64,000 bases of DNA from positions 2,542,001 to 2,606,000 of the forward strand of contig CM007990.1 of assembly GCA_002189035.1 (NCBI GenBank), read 5' to 3'. The stretch is from Utricularia gibba. Taxonomy: Eukaryota > Plantae > Magnoliophyta. Below the pieces are notes generated by a model. It was not told where the DNA came from and ran no database searches. It saw only the letters and a program-made list of their open reading frames with translations. The translations under genes were made by a program, and so were the position numbers. Positions 1 to 13,095 of this stretch are shown here, one piece after another. The first letter of the stretch is position 1. Every line of letters begins with the position of its first letter.

Positions 1-742
1 AGGTTATAGAGAGAGAGAATATAGGTTAGTCTAGGGGAATAAGGGTAAGTAGACTTAGAGATAGATGGGCTTCAGCATCTTGTGGATTGATGATGAGGCT
101 TAGATACCGTATGCTCCTTTTTTTATGGCACACCTAACACTTCAGGAGTGTACAGAGAAGCTAAGGTGTGAAGGAGAATCTAGTATTAATGTTCCTGTAA
201 GCAATATCAAATTTTGGAACATGAATCATCGATTAATGTTTTTGGTAGGAGGAAAACACGCCCAAGTAAGTGACTGTAGCAAAAGAAGGGGAAGGAATGA
301 AAGAAAATAAGGTATAATTTTTCCTGAAACAAGCAAATCATTTACTGTTGTTGGTTTGAGGTTTAAAGAATAATGTTATGTCCCATTTTCGTCTATATTC
401 AACTGGATCTTATGGATTTTGAGATGATGAAGAGCAATGAGTGTTATGGCTGTTTTTCTAACACTTTACAAAACTAATTTTAAACGTATGAACAGGTTTT
501 ATTCATGTTTCATGACGTTTCTGTTGTCAGCATAATCTTGAGTCAAAGTTTTCATGAATGTCAACCATCTCCAGTTGGCCTTCAAAAGAATTTTGTTTTA
601 TGAAATTTGTGCGTTAAATGATTATGTTTCAAGCACAAGTCTTGAGAAGTGCCCTTAAGTAAACATATTTACAATCTTATGCGGTTTGGTTGTGAAAATT
701 ATCAGCACCGAACTGCTGAAATCGAGCTGTAGACTGGTGATA

Positions 743-3700
743 ATGGAAAGTTGTAAATCAACTAGCGTTTCATTTCAACTTTTGTGGGGCTTATGGCTCA
801 TTTCTGTGGTGATTCCATCTGTGAATGGTTTCAGACCATTAAAAGACAGGCAACATACTTGGCATGATGAGGTTAGTTACCTTTCTGCATTGCACTTGAT
901 TGTATCTCTAAACCGTTACATCTCCCATTTTCATTGTTTTGAGTTTTTTTTGTTTTAGTTTTTCCTTGTTCTTGGTAATTTATGCTTGATTACCCAATCT
1001 TGTGTGTTTAGTTATGCTCTTTAGTTCTCTGCATCATTTTTAGTTTGTGTGAGGACCTATATAAGGATGGATTCTATAATTTTGAATGGCTGCACCTGCT
1101 CAAACTTTTAGTTTTGCATCATCAATGAAATTGATATGGAATGATGAAACTGTTATTGATGAGGCTAATGCTCACCATGCTTTTTTTCTTGATGGAATAT
1201 GTGCGTTGTTAAATATGACCTCCAACATAATTTTCTGTTTTAGTGGCCTGCTGTTGATAGAGAAGAGCATGACTTTGGTCCCTCCTCGTCCTGGAACATA
1301 ACAGGCACATATAGAGGTTTGTCGTTTACCTAATTGTCAGTGAGCGGTGGCCTTTTTTTTTGGATGAAATGATGTTGAACAGATTTTCCTACCTTTCTTA
1401 ATGCTTGTTATTTTTGTTACTCCGTTTTTTACAGGTATTTTTTCTGTTAATGCATTTTATCTCTGAAGACCGGTTAGAAATAAGAATTTTCTGTGTGTAG
1501 CAATCTTTGTGATTTGGTAGGTTTTATTGCATCAAGTTGGATACCTACATTTAAATGCATTTGTGTCATCGCTTTCTGTTTGAATGTTTTGTTTCATGGC
1601 TGTCTCTGGATTTATCTAACTAGGTTGAGAATGTGACGCTTCTATCACATTCTGACCATGCTGAAAGTTGTCTTATGCTCCAACTCTTTGTGTTTTGCGT
1701 AACATGATTTTGCTTTTTTTTTTTTTCCGCATTTCGTAGGCCATTGGATGTTTTTGGAGTCTTCAAACAGCTCTTTCAGGTTTCGTGACTTTAGGAAATC
1801 CAGTGGAAGTTCCAATATGGAGTTGGTGAGCACCACAACAAAGATAACTGGTGTGCACTATGTACAGGTACTGTAATTTGTTTAGCTAAATGATCATGAT
1901 GATGTATCATCAGTTTCCTTTTTTTATTTTAATGGAAACCTAAGTGAGATAAAGATGATTTTTAATCAGAAATTTTAGGCTTTTTTTATGAAACTTGATG
2001 GTGAGTTGGTAAATGAAGTACCATGCTTTACCCAAACAAAATTCTTATAATTTCCAGGCTATTCTTATATTATCATGTTTCCTTGTTTAATCAGTCTTCA
2101 TGTTGCACTAGGGCGTGATAGTTTTTCATGATGCACTGGACAACGAAAATGATTTCCATGGTTCTCAAGTTAGGGTAGAGGGTGTATATATATGGCCTTT
2201 CAGACAGCTAAGGATGGTAGCCGCCAGGTATCTCTTTCCCATTTTCTGCCATTTGTATGGCATTAGTTTTTCTGGCTCCTTGATTCAGAAAAATGTGGTA
2301 TGTCTTCAAAATGTTTTTGTGAAGTTTAAAAGCCAAATTCTTTTTTTTTAAGTGATCAGAATATTACTAATGATTGAATGTAAGTGAATTATTAGGGAAT
2401 TTTCGACATATTTCACAATCTACTCATTTTAGTTCTTGTTAATGCTAGATCCCATAGTTCAGGATCATTCTAACTGTATCTAATGCTTTTCTTGAATCTT
2501 TATGGCAGTGGAAAAGAAAATGACGTTGGACAAGGAGTTGACTACATATTATCCAACCCTTATCACTTGGTAGTGCCATGTGTGCGTCCTAATGCAAATA
2601 TTTTATTTTCAGGGTGTAGGACTAACCGCAAACTGATTTCTCATTTCAACAGCTTGGACTTTTCTCGTCTCAGGTGTTTCAGGAATCTCCCCAAGAAAAA
2701 ATCTGGAAAAGAAAACATTGTAGCTTCCGTCATTAATTTTCTCTTCTTGCCACTATTACAACTTTTTGCTATTCTGAAATTGTGGGTTTCATGCCATTGC
2801 AGCTCCCCTTTACAAGATTGACAAGCATTGCAATACTGAAATTGCTGCCCAAATTTCTCGCATCTCTTCTCGAAAAGGTATAATATTTCTTATCTTAATG
2901 GTTATGCACAAAACAAATTGTTTCTGTCATGTGATTCAGTTGTGTGATGTAGATGGAGATCAAGACAAGTATTATCTGGAAGGTCTGATTCAAAGTCCCT
3001 CAGTGGATGACGATGCAGATTGCTTCTCTCCCATGCTGTTGAATGCCACCTCTATAAATGTAGAGGTCTACTACAATAAGGCTATAAACTACAGTTTGAT
3101 GGTCACCTTTGTATCCTTTATGAATGCATATCATTTGTAATATTTTTTCATTCTCAAAATGTTCTGTCATCAATTTGCTGGATTCTTTACATGCTTTCAT
3201 TTTTAGATATCATTCCTTGAAGTTCTGTTATTAATGAGACAGCTTGAGCACAGCAACACTCAGTCTGTAAGATTTTGTGTGCATTACACTTGACTATTCT
3301 TACTCAATGCTCTAATTTGTCTGAATTATCCATATTTAGCGAGAATGTGTTTGTTTAATGGACTCATTCTCTTAGGGAGCTTCCAAGGTGTCACTTATGA
3401 TGGTTGGCCACCAGGCTATCATGGATGCTTACCTTTGTCTTCTGCACCTTACAGCTGGCATTCTTGTTGGTATGCCTGTGTAAATCAACGCTTATTAATG
3501 AAAGAGCGTGCCTGTTGAATTCGTCTATGAAGTATGACCATGATATTTACCTGGTTGCAGAGTCACTGTTTAATGCTTTTGCAACAGCTGCATTTTTCAA
3601 GTTTGTTGTGTTTTCAATATTTGAAATGCGATACCTTCTTGCCATATGGAAGGCACATCGTCCACACATGAACAATGGAGAAAATTGGGATGCAATGAGG

Positions 3701-4557
3701 CGAGAGCTTTCAGTCCTTTACAGTCGCTTTTGTGAGTATATTTCTTTCTCCTTTTCTCAATCATAACCCAAGGCTTGTTTTGTTGCAATAAGTATAAGGT
3801 GTTTTCATCGAAAAGATCTGAATACAAATGTGCCTGTCTACCTGCAGATGGAATCCTTTTAGGTGGGATTCTCATAATGTATGAGTTTCATAAGTTTCTG
3901 AAGGCCATTGTTCTCTTTCTACATTCCTTTTGGATTCACCAAATTGTCACCAATGTGATTCGGGACTTGAGGAAGCCATTGCATCCTCACTATGTGCTGG
4001 GAATGAGTATCACTCGTATGGCATTCCCCTTGTATGCATTCAGCTGCCCACATAACTTCATGCGTATCGCACCCGACCACAACTGGTGCATGGCTTTAGC
4101 TGTTTTCGTGGGACTCCAGGCCTCAATCCTTGTAGTGCAGTATTACTTTGGATCTCGATGTTTCATCCCTCGTCAGGTTTGCCTCACCTGCCCAATGTGT
4201 ACATTACAAGTAGCTATTTTTCAGAGTAAATGAAACATGCTTCATATGCCACAGATTTTGCCGGAGAAATACAGCTACTACCGGCGACTGAACCAGGGAC
4301 CAGGGATGGATTGTGTTATCTGCATGACTCCAATCGACCTGATGCAACGTTCGGGAGATTGCATGGTATCCGATTGCAGCTTGAAAATGCTTAGGCTTGG
4401 TTAGTGTTGCATAGTATTGGATTGTCTGATGATGACTACTCTGTTGCCTTACCAGGTAACTCCATGCGATCACTTCTTTCACTCGGGATGCCTTCAAAGA
4501 TGGATGGACATCAAAATGGAGTGCCCTACATGCCGCCGGCCCCTTCCTCCGGCATAG
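743..4557 (+). CDS. FLY1/2-like: Transmembrane E3 ubiquitin ligase, FLY1/FLY2 (yeast Tul1) family, C-terminal RING-H2
   Basis: GT-AG exons read by hand: 743-871, 1244-1316, 1740-1867, 2112-2227, 2509-2569, 2653-2719, 2803-2877, 2953-3110, 3207-3266, 3376-3469, 3561-3731, 3848-4176, 4255-4365, 4456-4557. Signal peptide MESCK...SVNG; motifs WNITGTYRG, TKITGVHYVQG, YYNKAINY, FEMRYLLAIWKA; TM helices; RING-H2 CVICM...TPCDHFFHSGCLQRWMDIKMECPTCRRPLPPA*. Probable 5'UTR intron 45-705. Confidence 0.93.
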
Positions 4558-5265
4558 GGACGGGGGGGGCATGCAGCTAACCAAATGGAATTAGGTTATT
4601 ACATTCAAGGCAGACGGATATGGTCGCCCCCCCCCCCCCCCCCCTTCCCCCTTGCTTGCGCAGCGACATACATGCAAATCTTAAAAATTATTTTCAATCC
4701 TTTATCATACCTGCAGAATGCAAACCAAATGCTAGTGAATTATCCCATCGGGGTAAGTGTGGTGGTAGGTTCATGAACTAGGAACCGAGGAAGCTTGGGG
4801 GCCTAAGTAAACTGAGAAGCAACTTGTGCAAGGTCCGTCTCGCTGAGTCCCACCACCATTTGTTGATACACGATGCGGGATGTTACTGAGTCCCCCGGTG
4901 GGAATTTAACTATCCTAACTGCATCGATATTCATTCATTCCATCCAGCATTCTGGCAGAGGTATTGTGGGTGGGTTCCGGGTTGGCGGTGCTGAAGAAAG
5001 CAAAAGTTGCCAGCTGTTCGTTGATTGCGCCTGCCTATTTTATTGCGCCGGTTGGTTCTCCTCCCTAGCAAGGCACTTCTCAACTAAACCCAGTTTGCTG
5101 TTGTTCATGAATCAAGGATGGATCCGATCCACCCATACCCATGGGCTTCGGTTTGACCCACAACAGATTCTAAGCATAAACTCCAGGGGCCTGGTGTAAA
5201 GAAACAGATTTTTCAAATGTTACATGGGATAAAGTTGACAACCTGGGAAGCGGCTACTAAGCAAA

Positions 5266-7598
5266 TTAATAAGGATTGTAACGACGGTTACGCCCACGAC
5301 CACTGCTGCTATCACCACCACTACCACCACGCCTTCCCTCGCTGGAGCTACCTGCACCGCTGCTCCGCCCGCCTCCCACTCTCTGCGACGGTGGAGGTGC
5401 GTGTGCGTGTGCCTGCAGCCCTGGCTGTTGCCTGGTAAAAGCATGTGACAAGGATTCAGGGATATCACCTCACACCATTGTTTTAAAAACATAACAAGCG
5501 GAGGAGTAGTTGTTTCGCAGATATCCATCCCCTTGGATCTCATACATATTACATTGTAACAGGTACAAATTCTAAAAGAAATCAGAATTGAAAAAACAAC
5601 GGTACTTACAGGACATATCCGATCCTCCCATCTGGTAAAAGCATGGGCATCATAGCCATGCCAGGTGCAGCTCCTCTTCCATAGATAAGTGGCTGAGGGA
5701 TATGAGCCCCATTTGAGAGTCATGGTTTGAATAAAGGGCACTCTTTTAGAAATGCAAACAAATGAAAAAACGGAAAGGAATGTAGAAGAAGGTGGTATCT
5801 TCATACTTGGGCAAAGCCTGCACCGGCATAGCTAGAACCCAAACCACCATGTGGGGCTCCAACCAAGCCATATCCCATTCGAGGAGGGTATGCAGCGAAC
5901 ATAGAATCCTTGTTTGCATTCAACCCACTGGTGGTATTTTGATCAGCCTGTGGCTTGGCAAGTGAGCATTCCAGGAATTGACCTTCGATAACAACATTTG
6001 GCATAAGCATGACCATACAGCTTCACATGCCACATGCCGTCAGAACACTGGCAACATAGTAAGAAAAAACTATTACCAGCAATCTCAAACTTCTCGGTGC
6101 TGTTAAGCGCTTTCATGGCACTTGACTTTTCAGCAAAGTGAACAAAACCGTATCTGCTTTTCTCTTTTCCTGGTTTTGGAGGAGGAAGGACAATCTTTGT
6201 GATCTTCCCAAAATGTTCAAATACTTCCTTGAGCTCATCTTGCGTTATGTCCTTTGGCAAGTTCTTCACATAGACTGCCTTTACCTGTGCATCAACCTTA
6301 CGGTTAGGGTTAATCAAACGAGGTGAATTACATATCAAAAATTAGGCTCATTTGATGGAGTTGCATTAAGTGAATGACACAAGGAAAAGAACTAAGCTAG
6401 TAACACTGACCCAAGCGCTGATCAAGCAAAAAACTACAAGCAGCAGTAGGAAAAAAAGCTGACCTGTGATGATGAAGAATCAGTGCTTTTGGAATCAGCC
6501 CAACTAACAGTGGGCGTATTGTCATCCAATTTAAATTTTGGGCTTGACATCTTTTCTCTCGAATACTCAGCGCAAGCATGATTATAATATTCAACAAAAG
6601 CATATCCACGATTCCGACTTGAGTTTAGTTGATCCTATTAAGTTATGAGAAAAAAAGCAAATGCTCATACTGTTAACAGATAATGTAATGAAGAATAACA
6701 CGACTCAACAGAGAAGGGAATGACTCTAAGAGAATTTTACCTTCAAAAGTTGTACAGTGATGACACCTGGCCCTACTCCATTCACAACCTTCTTAAGATC
6801 CTCCTCCGACCAGTTTTTGGGTATATTACCTATGAACAATTTATGCTTCGCCTGTGAGGAAGAGCATTTCAGCTTTTTCCCCTGCCAAAGAAAGAGTACC
6901 AGGAGCTAATAAATATTTCATTGCGACATAAAGGATATCTGTATGATGGTTTTTATGCGGTATTCTTACCTTAAATTCAGCACCATTCAGCTCCTCAATA
7001 GCGCTTAAAGCTAATTCTTTTGTCTTGAACGTTACAAACGCATAACCCTTGTTCTCCTTTGAGTCCTTCCCTTTCATTATCCTCACCTATCAACAACATG
7101 AGAGCCAAGTAAATCCAAATATGCTGCAACTTCACTATATAAAAATTGACATGGTTCCACCTCTGTAACTTCACCAACAGATTCACAAAAACGTTTTAGG
7201 TCATCATCTGAAATTGCTTGAGGGATTCCACCAAGGTACACCTCAGAACCATGTGGAGGAAGTGCTAAAAGCTCGGAATATCTTTTTCCCAAATCTTCTT
7301 GACCTTCACCATTTTCCAGGCCATCATCATCATCAGCCTCCTTTCTGTTAATTTGTCTCCTAGTACCATTTTCAACCTCTTCTTCATCTTCTTCCACCAC
7401 TACTTCAATCTCCTCCTCTTCTTCCACTTCTTCTTCTTCTTCTACTTCTTCCTCCACTTCTTCATACTCTACCTCTTCTTCAAAGGGCTCCTCCTCCATG
7501 TCATTGTCAGCACCAAGATCAACCTGCTCTTCCGTATCAACAGGTTTCTCACATTCTTCAGATTTGGAAGTTGCAGTACTGGCCCTTGCCCTTGGCAT
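5266..7598 (-). CDS. hnRNP Q/R (SYNCRIP/LIF2-like) RNA-binding protein with three RRMs, acidic N-terminus and Gly/Arg-rich tail
   Basis: Exons (-): 7598-7161, 7086-6970, 6881-6741, 6634-6464, 6284-6077, 5982-5807, 5692-5610, 5431-5266. Motifs LALPPHGSEVYLGGI, KGYAFVTF, KLFIGNIP, NRGYAFVEY, VKAVYVKNLP, RYGFVHF, MMPMLLPDGRIGYVLQQPG; ends RRYNPY*. A 5'UTR exon is likely around 8581-8690 (donor GTAAGT at 8580). Confidence 0.93.
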
Positions 7599-9537
7599 CT
7601 TATAACACCAACAAGATAGGATTCTTTTGGAGCTCTGAGAAAAATGCAGAAGCCGGGAGCATTTGCAAAAGAAAGAAGAAACTGTGGGTTTCCAGAAACA
7701 GAGAAAAAAGGCCACATGTCACCCACAGAACAAACATCTTGATTGAGCTGGTTCCATGAGGCATGACTCCAAGATGTTTCAAAGTGAAAACTACAACGGG
7801 GTTGAAAAGAGAAGCAGAGAAGGATAGCAATCATGGATTGGAAATACGCACTTAGTAGAACACAACACAAAGAATAGTGTCAACAGGAGACTGTCAGAAG
7901 CTATCCGTGCATGATTAGAAAGAAGAAATGCTTATAATGAATAATTTTTCCTGAGTACATGCCCAGTCTGTGACTTTCCTGCAGCAGTTAAGCACTGGAA
8001 AAGTAAACGGACTCATAAATAAGCAATGTCAAGCACATTTTTAACGCACCCTGTCTCACAACAAAAACAGACAGCCATAGATATTTTTCATCAGATGAAT
8101 CCCTTGAAATAGCACGAGGAGGTGATACATATTTCAACAAATAGTTTTATTTTTATTGAATTGATTTGACACACCAATGGGAAAAAATAGAACGCGATAG
8201 CATGCGACATTTATATGTGACTGACACGAAAAATCAGAATTTTATCACTCCAATATTTCTGAAAATCGTGTGTTCCTTCCATAAAGACCAAAAGGAAAAA
8301 AAAATCTGTGCTATCCCACGAATTACATGAAAGCAATAACTGTGTCGAGCGATATACAAATCTACCTAATGAAGATTTTAGATATTCTTCAGCATTCAGA
8401 AAAGAACAAATTTAAAAGGAAAACCTGAACTTCCGTAAGAAAAAAAAAATCACGAACTAGTAGAGGAAATCAACAAATGAAGCCCAAAAAAAAATTCTGG
8501 ATCCCTTCCCGAGTGGAGGACAGTCAACTCGAACGCGACGCGACATTAACAGAAAAATCAAGCACAAAAACAACACTTACAAATGAAAGCCTGACCCCCG
8601 GAAAGCTTCGTCCGAACACGAGAAAGTCCCAATCTTGCGCTTCCTGCTGAATCTTAGGGCTTGTAGCGGGATAACGATATGGCCACGAATAGTCGTTTAA
8701 AAGTGAAACTATTAAAATGTAAAATTAAAGCATTTCAATTTTAATTCTAATAATTTTAAATTAAAGAATTATCTCTTTATAACTAAAAGTAACAGAATTT
8801 AGAAATAAACATTTAATGTATTATGATTTTTTATACTTTTTTTGAATTTTTTTATATCTCTTATGTTAAACTTTTTCCATACCTTTTAGTAATTTTTGCA
8901 TATTGATAAGTCTTCATCTAATATGCCTTGTACTCCAATTCTACTAACAAGTGACAAGCAAAATCTATAAATCAAGTCATATGTATATAGTCCCTAATGA
9001 TGTGTTAAATACCATGAAATTAGTCTATCAATCTTTACAAGTTTTAGACATTGTACTCTCCAAAATCCTCTTCAAAATTATGTTAGTAATTAATAGGGGT
9101 TAACAACTCTTTAAATGTTGCAGTTTAGTATTTCCAACGCATGACAATTAAAAATCAAATCCACACAAAATGATTGTAATAAAATTTTCTCGAAGTCCTT
9201 TATATTTATTAAAAATAGATACATTCTTGAAATTTAAATTCAATGTACATAAGAAATAAATTAAGAGCCAAATTCAATTGCAATAAGTTAAGGATGTGTT
9301 GGATCTAGGGGTGAGGTCACACAATTTGATCTATATGAGTGAGATCTTAGATTGGGGAGAGGTCGTAAGAGACCTTTATGTTCTCCTACTCCCATTCTCT
9401 CATTTTATTTTCTTTCCCTTTTTTTCTTGTCAAAAGAGATGTATCTATGTTATTTTCTTATAGTTCTAAAAATCTATTATCTCCCTTTATTTTTCAGAAG
9501 TTAACTACTTTTCAATCAAAAATCACTTTTCTCCTTA

Positions 9538-9590
9538 TTTTCTGTACTTTTTGAGTGTATTTTCTGTACTTTTTGAGTGTATTTTCTGTA
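9538..9590. repeat. 22-bp tandem repeat, about 2.4 copies
   Basis: Unit attttctgtactttttgagtgt repeated directly. Confidence 0.8.
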
Positions 9591-10659
9591 CAATTTTTTA
9601 TACAATAAATTCAACTTCTTTTTTAAAAAAGGAGAAGTAATGTTTTTTGCAGAACAACATTTGATTTCCCTTTTCTTCTCTTTTCAAGATCTTCATCTCC
9701 TACTCTTTTTTCTTTAATAAATGAAAAGTAATACATGAACTCTTTTTCCTCTTAATTTTTACTTTTAGTATTATAATTCACTAGAATACTACTTAAAAAC
9801 CATTAGCAAATGAGAGGGGATTACTACAAAAAATCCTAGGAAGAGCAGCATTCATCTTCAAATTTGATCAAAGTTTGAAATTTCACTAGAAAATTAGCGC
9901 ACCGTCTAGTTTCCAAATAGTTTGTATTTTTTTTCCTGTATTTTCCAAGTCCTTTTTCATTTCAGATGCATGATGCTTGATTTCTATCTGCGAGTTTTAT
10001 CTGCATTTCATATCTGAAGTATGAATGAGTTGCTAAACAACATGAGGTTTTGTACATTCTTGGTAAAATACGTCTATATTGCTGCTAAAACAGGATGTTT
10101 TTGTCACTTGAATCAATTTTGGTACAGCTAAGTTTGCATATACTGAATATTTTTTGTGTGTACATCTAGCAATTACATTTTAGGAATTAGATAATATGAT
10201 GATTATCATAGCTGAGTTTGCTTGCTTTTGTTCTTCAAAGTTGAGTTTTCATCTTGCCATAATTAATTGCATGTTGTGGCATCTTTTAATTACATTTTGT
10301 TCTTATTTACTAATTTTAAATGGATCGTAAATGTATTTTGATTAACTCATATTTGAAATCTGGTAATTTATATTTATTCAGTATTAGTTGATAGGTATAG
10401 AAATCAAATTCACACCAATTGTTACTTGTGATAGATAATTCTATTGGTTTGATGAAATTACCGATCAAGAAACCAGGTGCAAAGTGAGACAAGATATCTA
10501 GATGAATTCTCTTATTATTGTAGATTTGTTTAGTTGAAACTAAGACATGAAACAAATCAACAATTTTTTTAACAAACAAGAATAGAACAATATATTGAAA
10601 AATATGAATAATATGATGGGTGATGAGTACACAATGAATCAAATAAATAACAAATGCAC

Positions 10660-11330
10660 AAAACTATGAGGTTCATGGACATTGTGGTATTGGCTAAAGA
10701 ATTGGACTAGTATTGATTGGGATCATGATAAAATACAATCTTGATTGAAGAAGAGTGGTGGGCTAAAAAAATTAAGGTATATCTTATGATTACATTTATA
10801 TGTTAGTACTTACTGGTAGATAGTTCATTATTTTTACTCATTCATATTTTGATGAACCACCACTATACTTTGAGATCCAAGAAAAACTTTTTGATGATAT
10901 CATTGTATACAAGGAGCATAGTTATACATTAAATTCAGGTATTTTTCTTCAAGACTTCGATGAAAATCATGATTTCCAACTGATTGAAGATATAGATTTG
11001 ATTTGGGATTTCACTTCTTTCTATTGATGATCTTAGTATAACTCTTCCTAGACAAGGTTCAATTCAAGTATCAAACGAGGGTGAAAAATTTTCATAAAAA
11101 AAATGCAAAATTTATTATTCTACCAACAATGAGATAGTTGCTAAATCTATGAAAGAGATCACTTAAAACAACACCTATCGAAAGAACTTGAGGATAGACT
11201 TCAACATTGCTAAATGTGTTGAGATTTTACAACGAATTACTCATTCTTCACATGGGATGCATGCTAATGTATGACTCTTCGCCTATTTACTAGAATAGTT
11301 AATTGAGAGATATCTTTGGCACTTGAACGT
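10660..11330 (+). mobile_element. Degenerate PIF/Harbinger ORF1 (Myb/SANT-like) remnant
   Basis: Frameshifted translation gives WTSIDWDHDK/NTILIEEEWWAKKIK (family motif GLGWD...EWW) and PPLYFEIQEKLFDDIIVYKEHSYTLNSG, then NIAKCVEILQRI. Many stops. Confidence 0.6.
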
Positions 11331-12106
11331 GATGAAAATCGAGTAGTATGGCTTAATGATCATTGCAAGACTATTCATTCTTCACATGAGATTATATCTA
11401 TTTACTTGAGGTCTACTGCTAATTGTCCACACAAGTAAGTTGATATATTATTCGATTATGTTACTATGAGTTGTTTTCATGACATTAATATGGTTATTTT
11501 ATGACTTGAAGTAATTTTTGTGAACTAAAGTGGATGAACGTGAATTAAAATGAATACTAATGAACAAAAGTGATTGTCTTATAGAGTGTTCAGATTCTCA
11601 ATCTATTGGACCAAGTCTTTCCAATGTCTTCATCATAATCTCTCAAAGAAGATATATCAAGTGGTTATTTAGAAACAAATTCATGTTCTAGAAGTGGAGA
11701 TGCTTTAGAAATTGAGCAAATCATAGGTCTCGTAACACAATAACATGAACGCTATTTACTGAAACAGCCCATCAACAATTGTCTTATAGAGTGTTCTGCA
11801 AAACTTTTATGCTGAACTTTTACTTATATAAAAGTAAAAGTTATTTTTTTTTCAGAACACTATTATTTTTAAAAATACTTTTATTAGAAGTACTTTTAAA
11901 ATCATATAATAAAAAAAACTTTTGCAGAAGTTATAAGGTGTGTACTTTTCAAGGGTTTGTAAAAAATTCTCCCCCCAAATCCGTCGGCCAACATCACAGT
12001 TATTGAATTCAAGAGTACTTTTTCTTAGAATTATTGCTTACGGTATGGTGTGATTTTTTTCTGTTTTCACTTTCTTTCCCTGTTTTTCTTAGAATGAATT
12101 ATAAAT

Positions 12107-12634
12107 TGTTATGGGTGAAATCAGTATCGGGTGGGAGGCCGATTTAAGATGATAGGTGCGATCAGGAATGACACACTTAGTCACGTTCTTCACGGTTGGT
12201 ACGATTGAAATAAGAATGAGCAAAGATTTTTTACGTGGAAACCGCAGGAAAGCGGAAAAACCACGGAGCTGCCGGAGCTCGCCGGAAAAGAGCTTCACTA
12301 GATGGAGGTCGCAAAGAGGAGAATACAAATTGAAGAAATCTTTTCAGTCCAATCCCCTCTCTGTTGTGGTTTCTTCTACTTATAAGAGATTTCGACCTGA
12401 CCGAGTCCTGGTGTCTGCAAATGTCGGCTGTCTTGTCCCCCTACTATGCGATCTCGCTTTTCAGATATCGGTCGTCTGTCATGCCGTAATTCGGCCACTT
12501 TTCAGACTGTGTCATGTGGTCATATCTATAAGATTTCTGACAGATATCAGTCTATCGGCCGACATTACCCCCTCAGGATCTCTTTTGGCAGCTTTTCTGA
12601 GATCGGCTGATTATACCCGATTTGTACCCCATCA
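12107..12634 (-). repeat. 3' LTR
   Basis: TGTTATGGGTGAAATC...GTACCCCATCA, direct repeat of 18158-18685. Confidence 0.95.
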
Positions 12635-13095
12635 TTTAACCCCTCTGATTTGCCGATATTGGCCCTTCCGGGTAAATCAGGGAATCAGAATTAATACTAT
12701 GCCGATTTCAAGCCCACTACTTTTCATGAGGGAGCCTCAAATCGATTAAGACCGAATTTCTTGCCACGCGTCACCTCTTGGGCTTGCCACGTTTTTTCCC
12801 GCTCATTCTGGGCATTGTAAACGACGCATCGTTTCGTCTCCCAAGTATTTCTCCTATTAATAGACGTTCTTTCCGTCATTTTTCCCCTTTGCCTTCTTGG
12901 TTCGCTCGCGTGATTTCAGTGCTTCCTGAACTCCGTCGCGCTCACCCATCACGTTTGGCGCCGTGAAATCCGTCGGAGAAGGAAGTCTTCAAAGGTACCA
13001 ATCTACCCTTCATCTCTACCGCTCAGTCTTTTGGGGGCTCGCTTTCCCCCCTTTTTTGGGTCTTTTTCTCCTAGGGTTCTTAGTTTTTCCGCTTC

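Noticed and set aside
5191-5242. Possible 52-bp 3'UTR intron in the hnRNP gene
   Set aside because: It is shorter than typical plant introns; the acceptor at 4711 is more plausible.
7299-7830. Phe/Leu-rich ORFs (7299-7619 and overlapping)
   Set aside because: They are antisense or off-frame shadows of the Glu-rich (GAA/GAG) hnRNP exon and its upstream intron.
10316-10642. 108-aa AT-rich ORF on the - strand
   Set aside because: Low-complexity Ile/Phe/Lys composition with no motif, antisense to a Harbinger relic.
12089-12749. ORFs of 79 and 197 aa, echoed at 18089-18649
   Set aside because: They lie within the LTRs, and the second LTR copy is interrupted by a stop. No coding signature.
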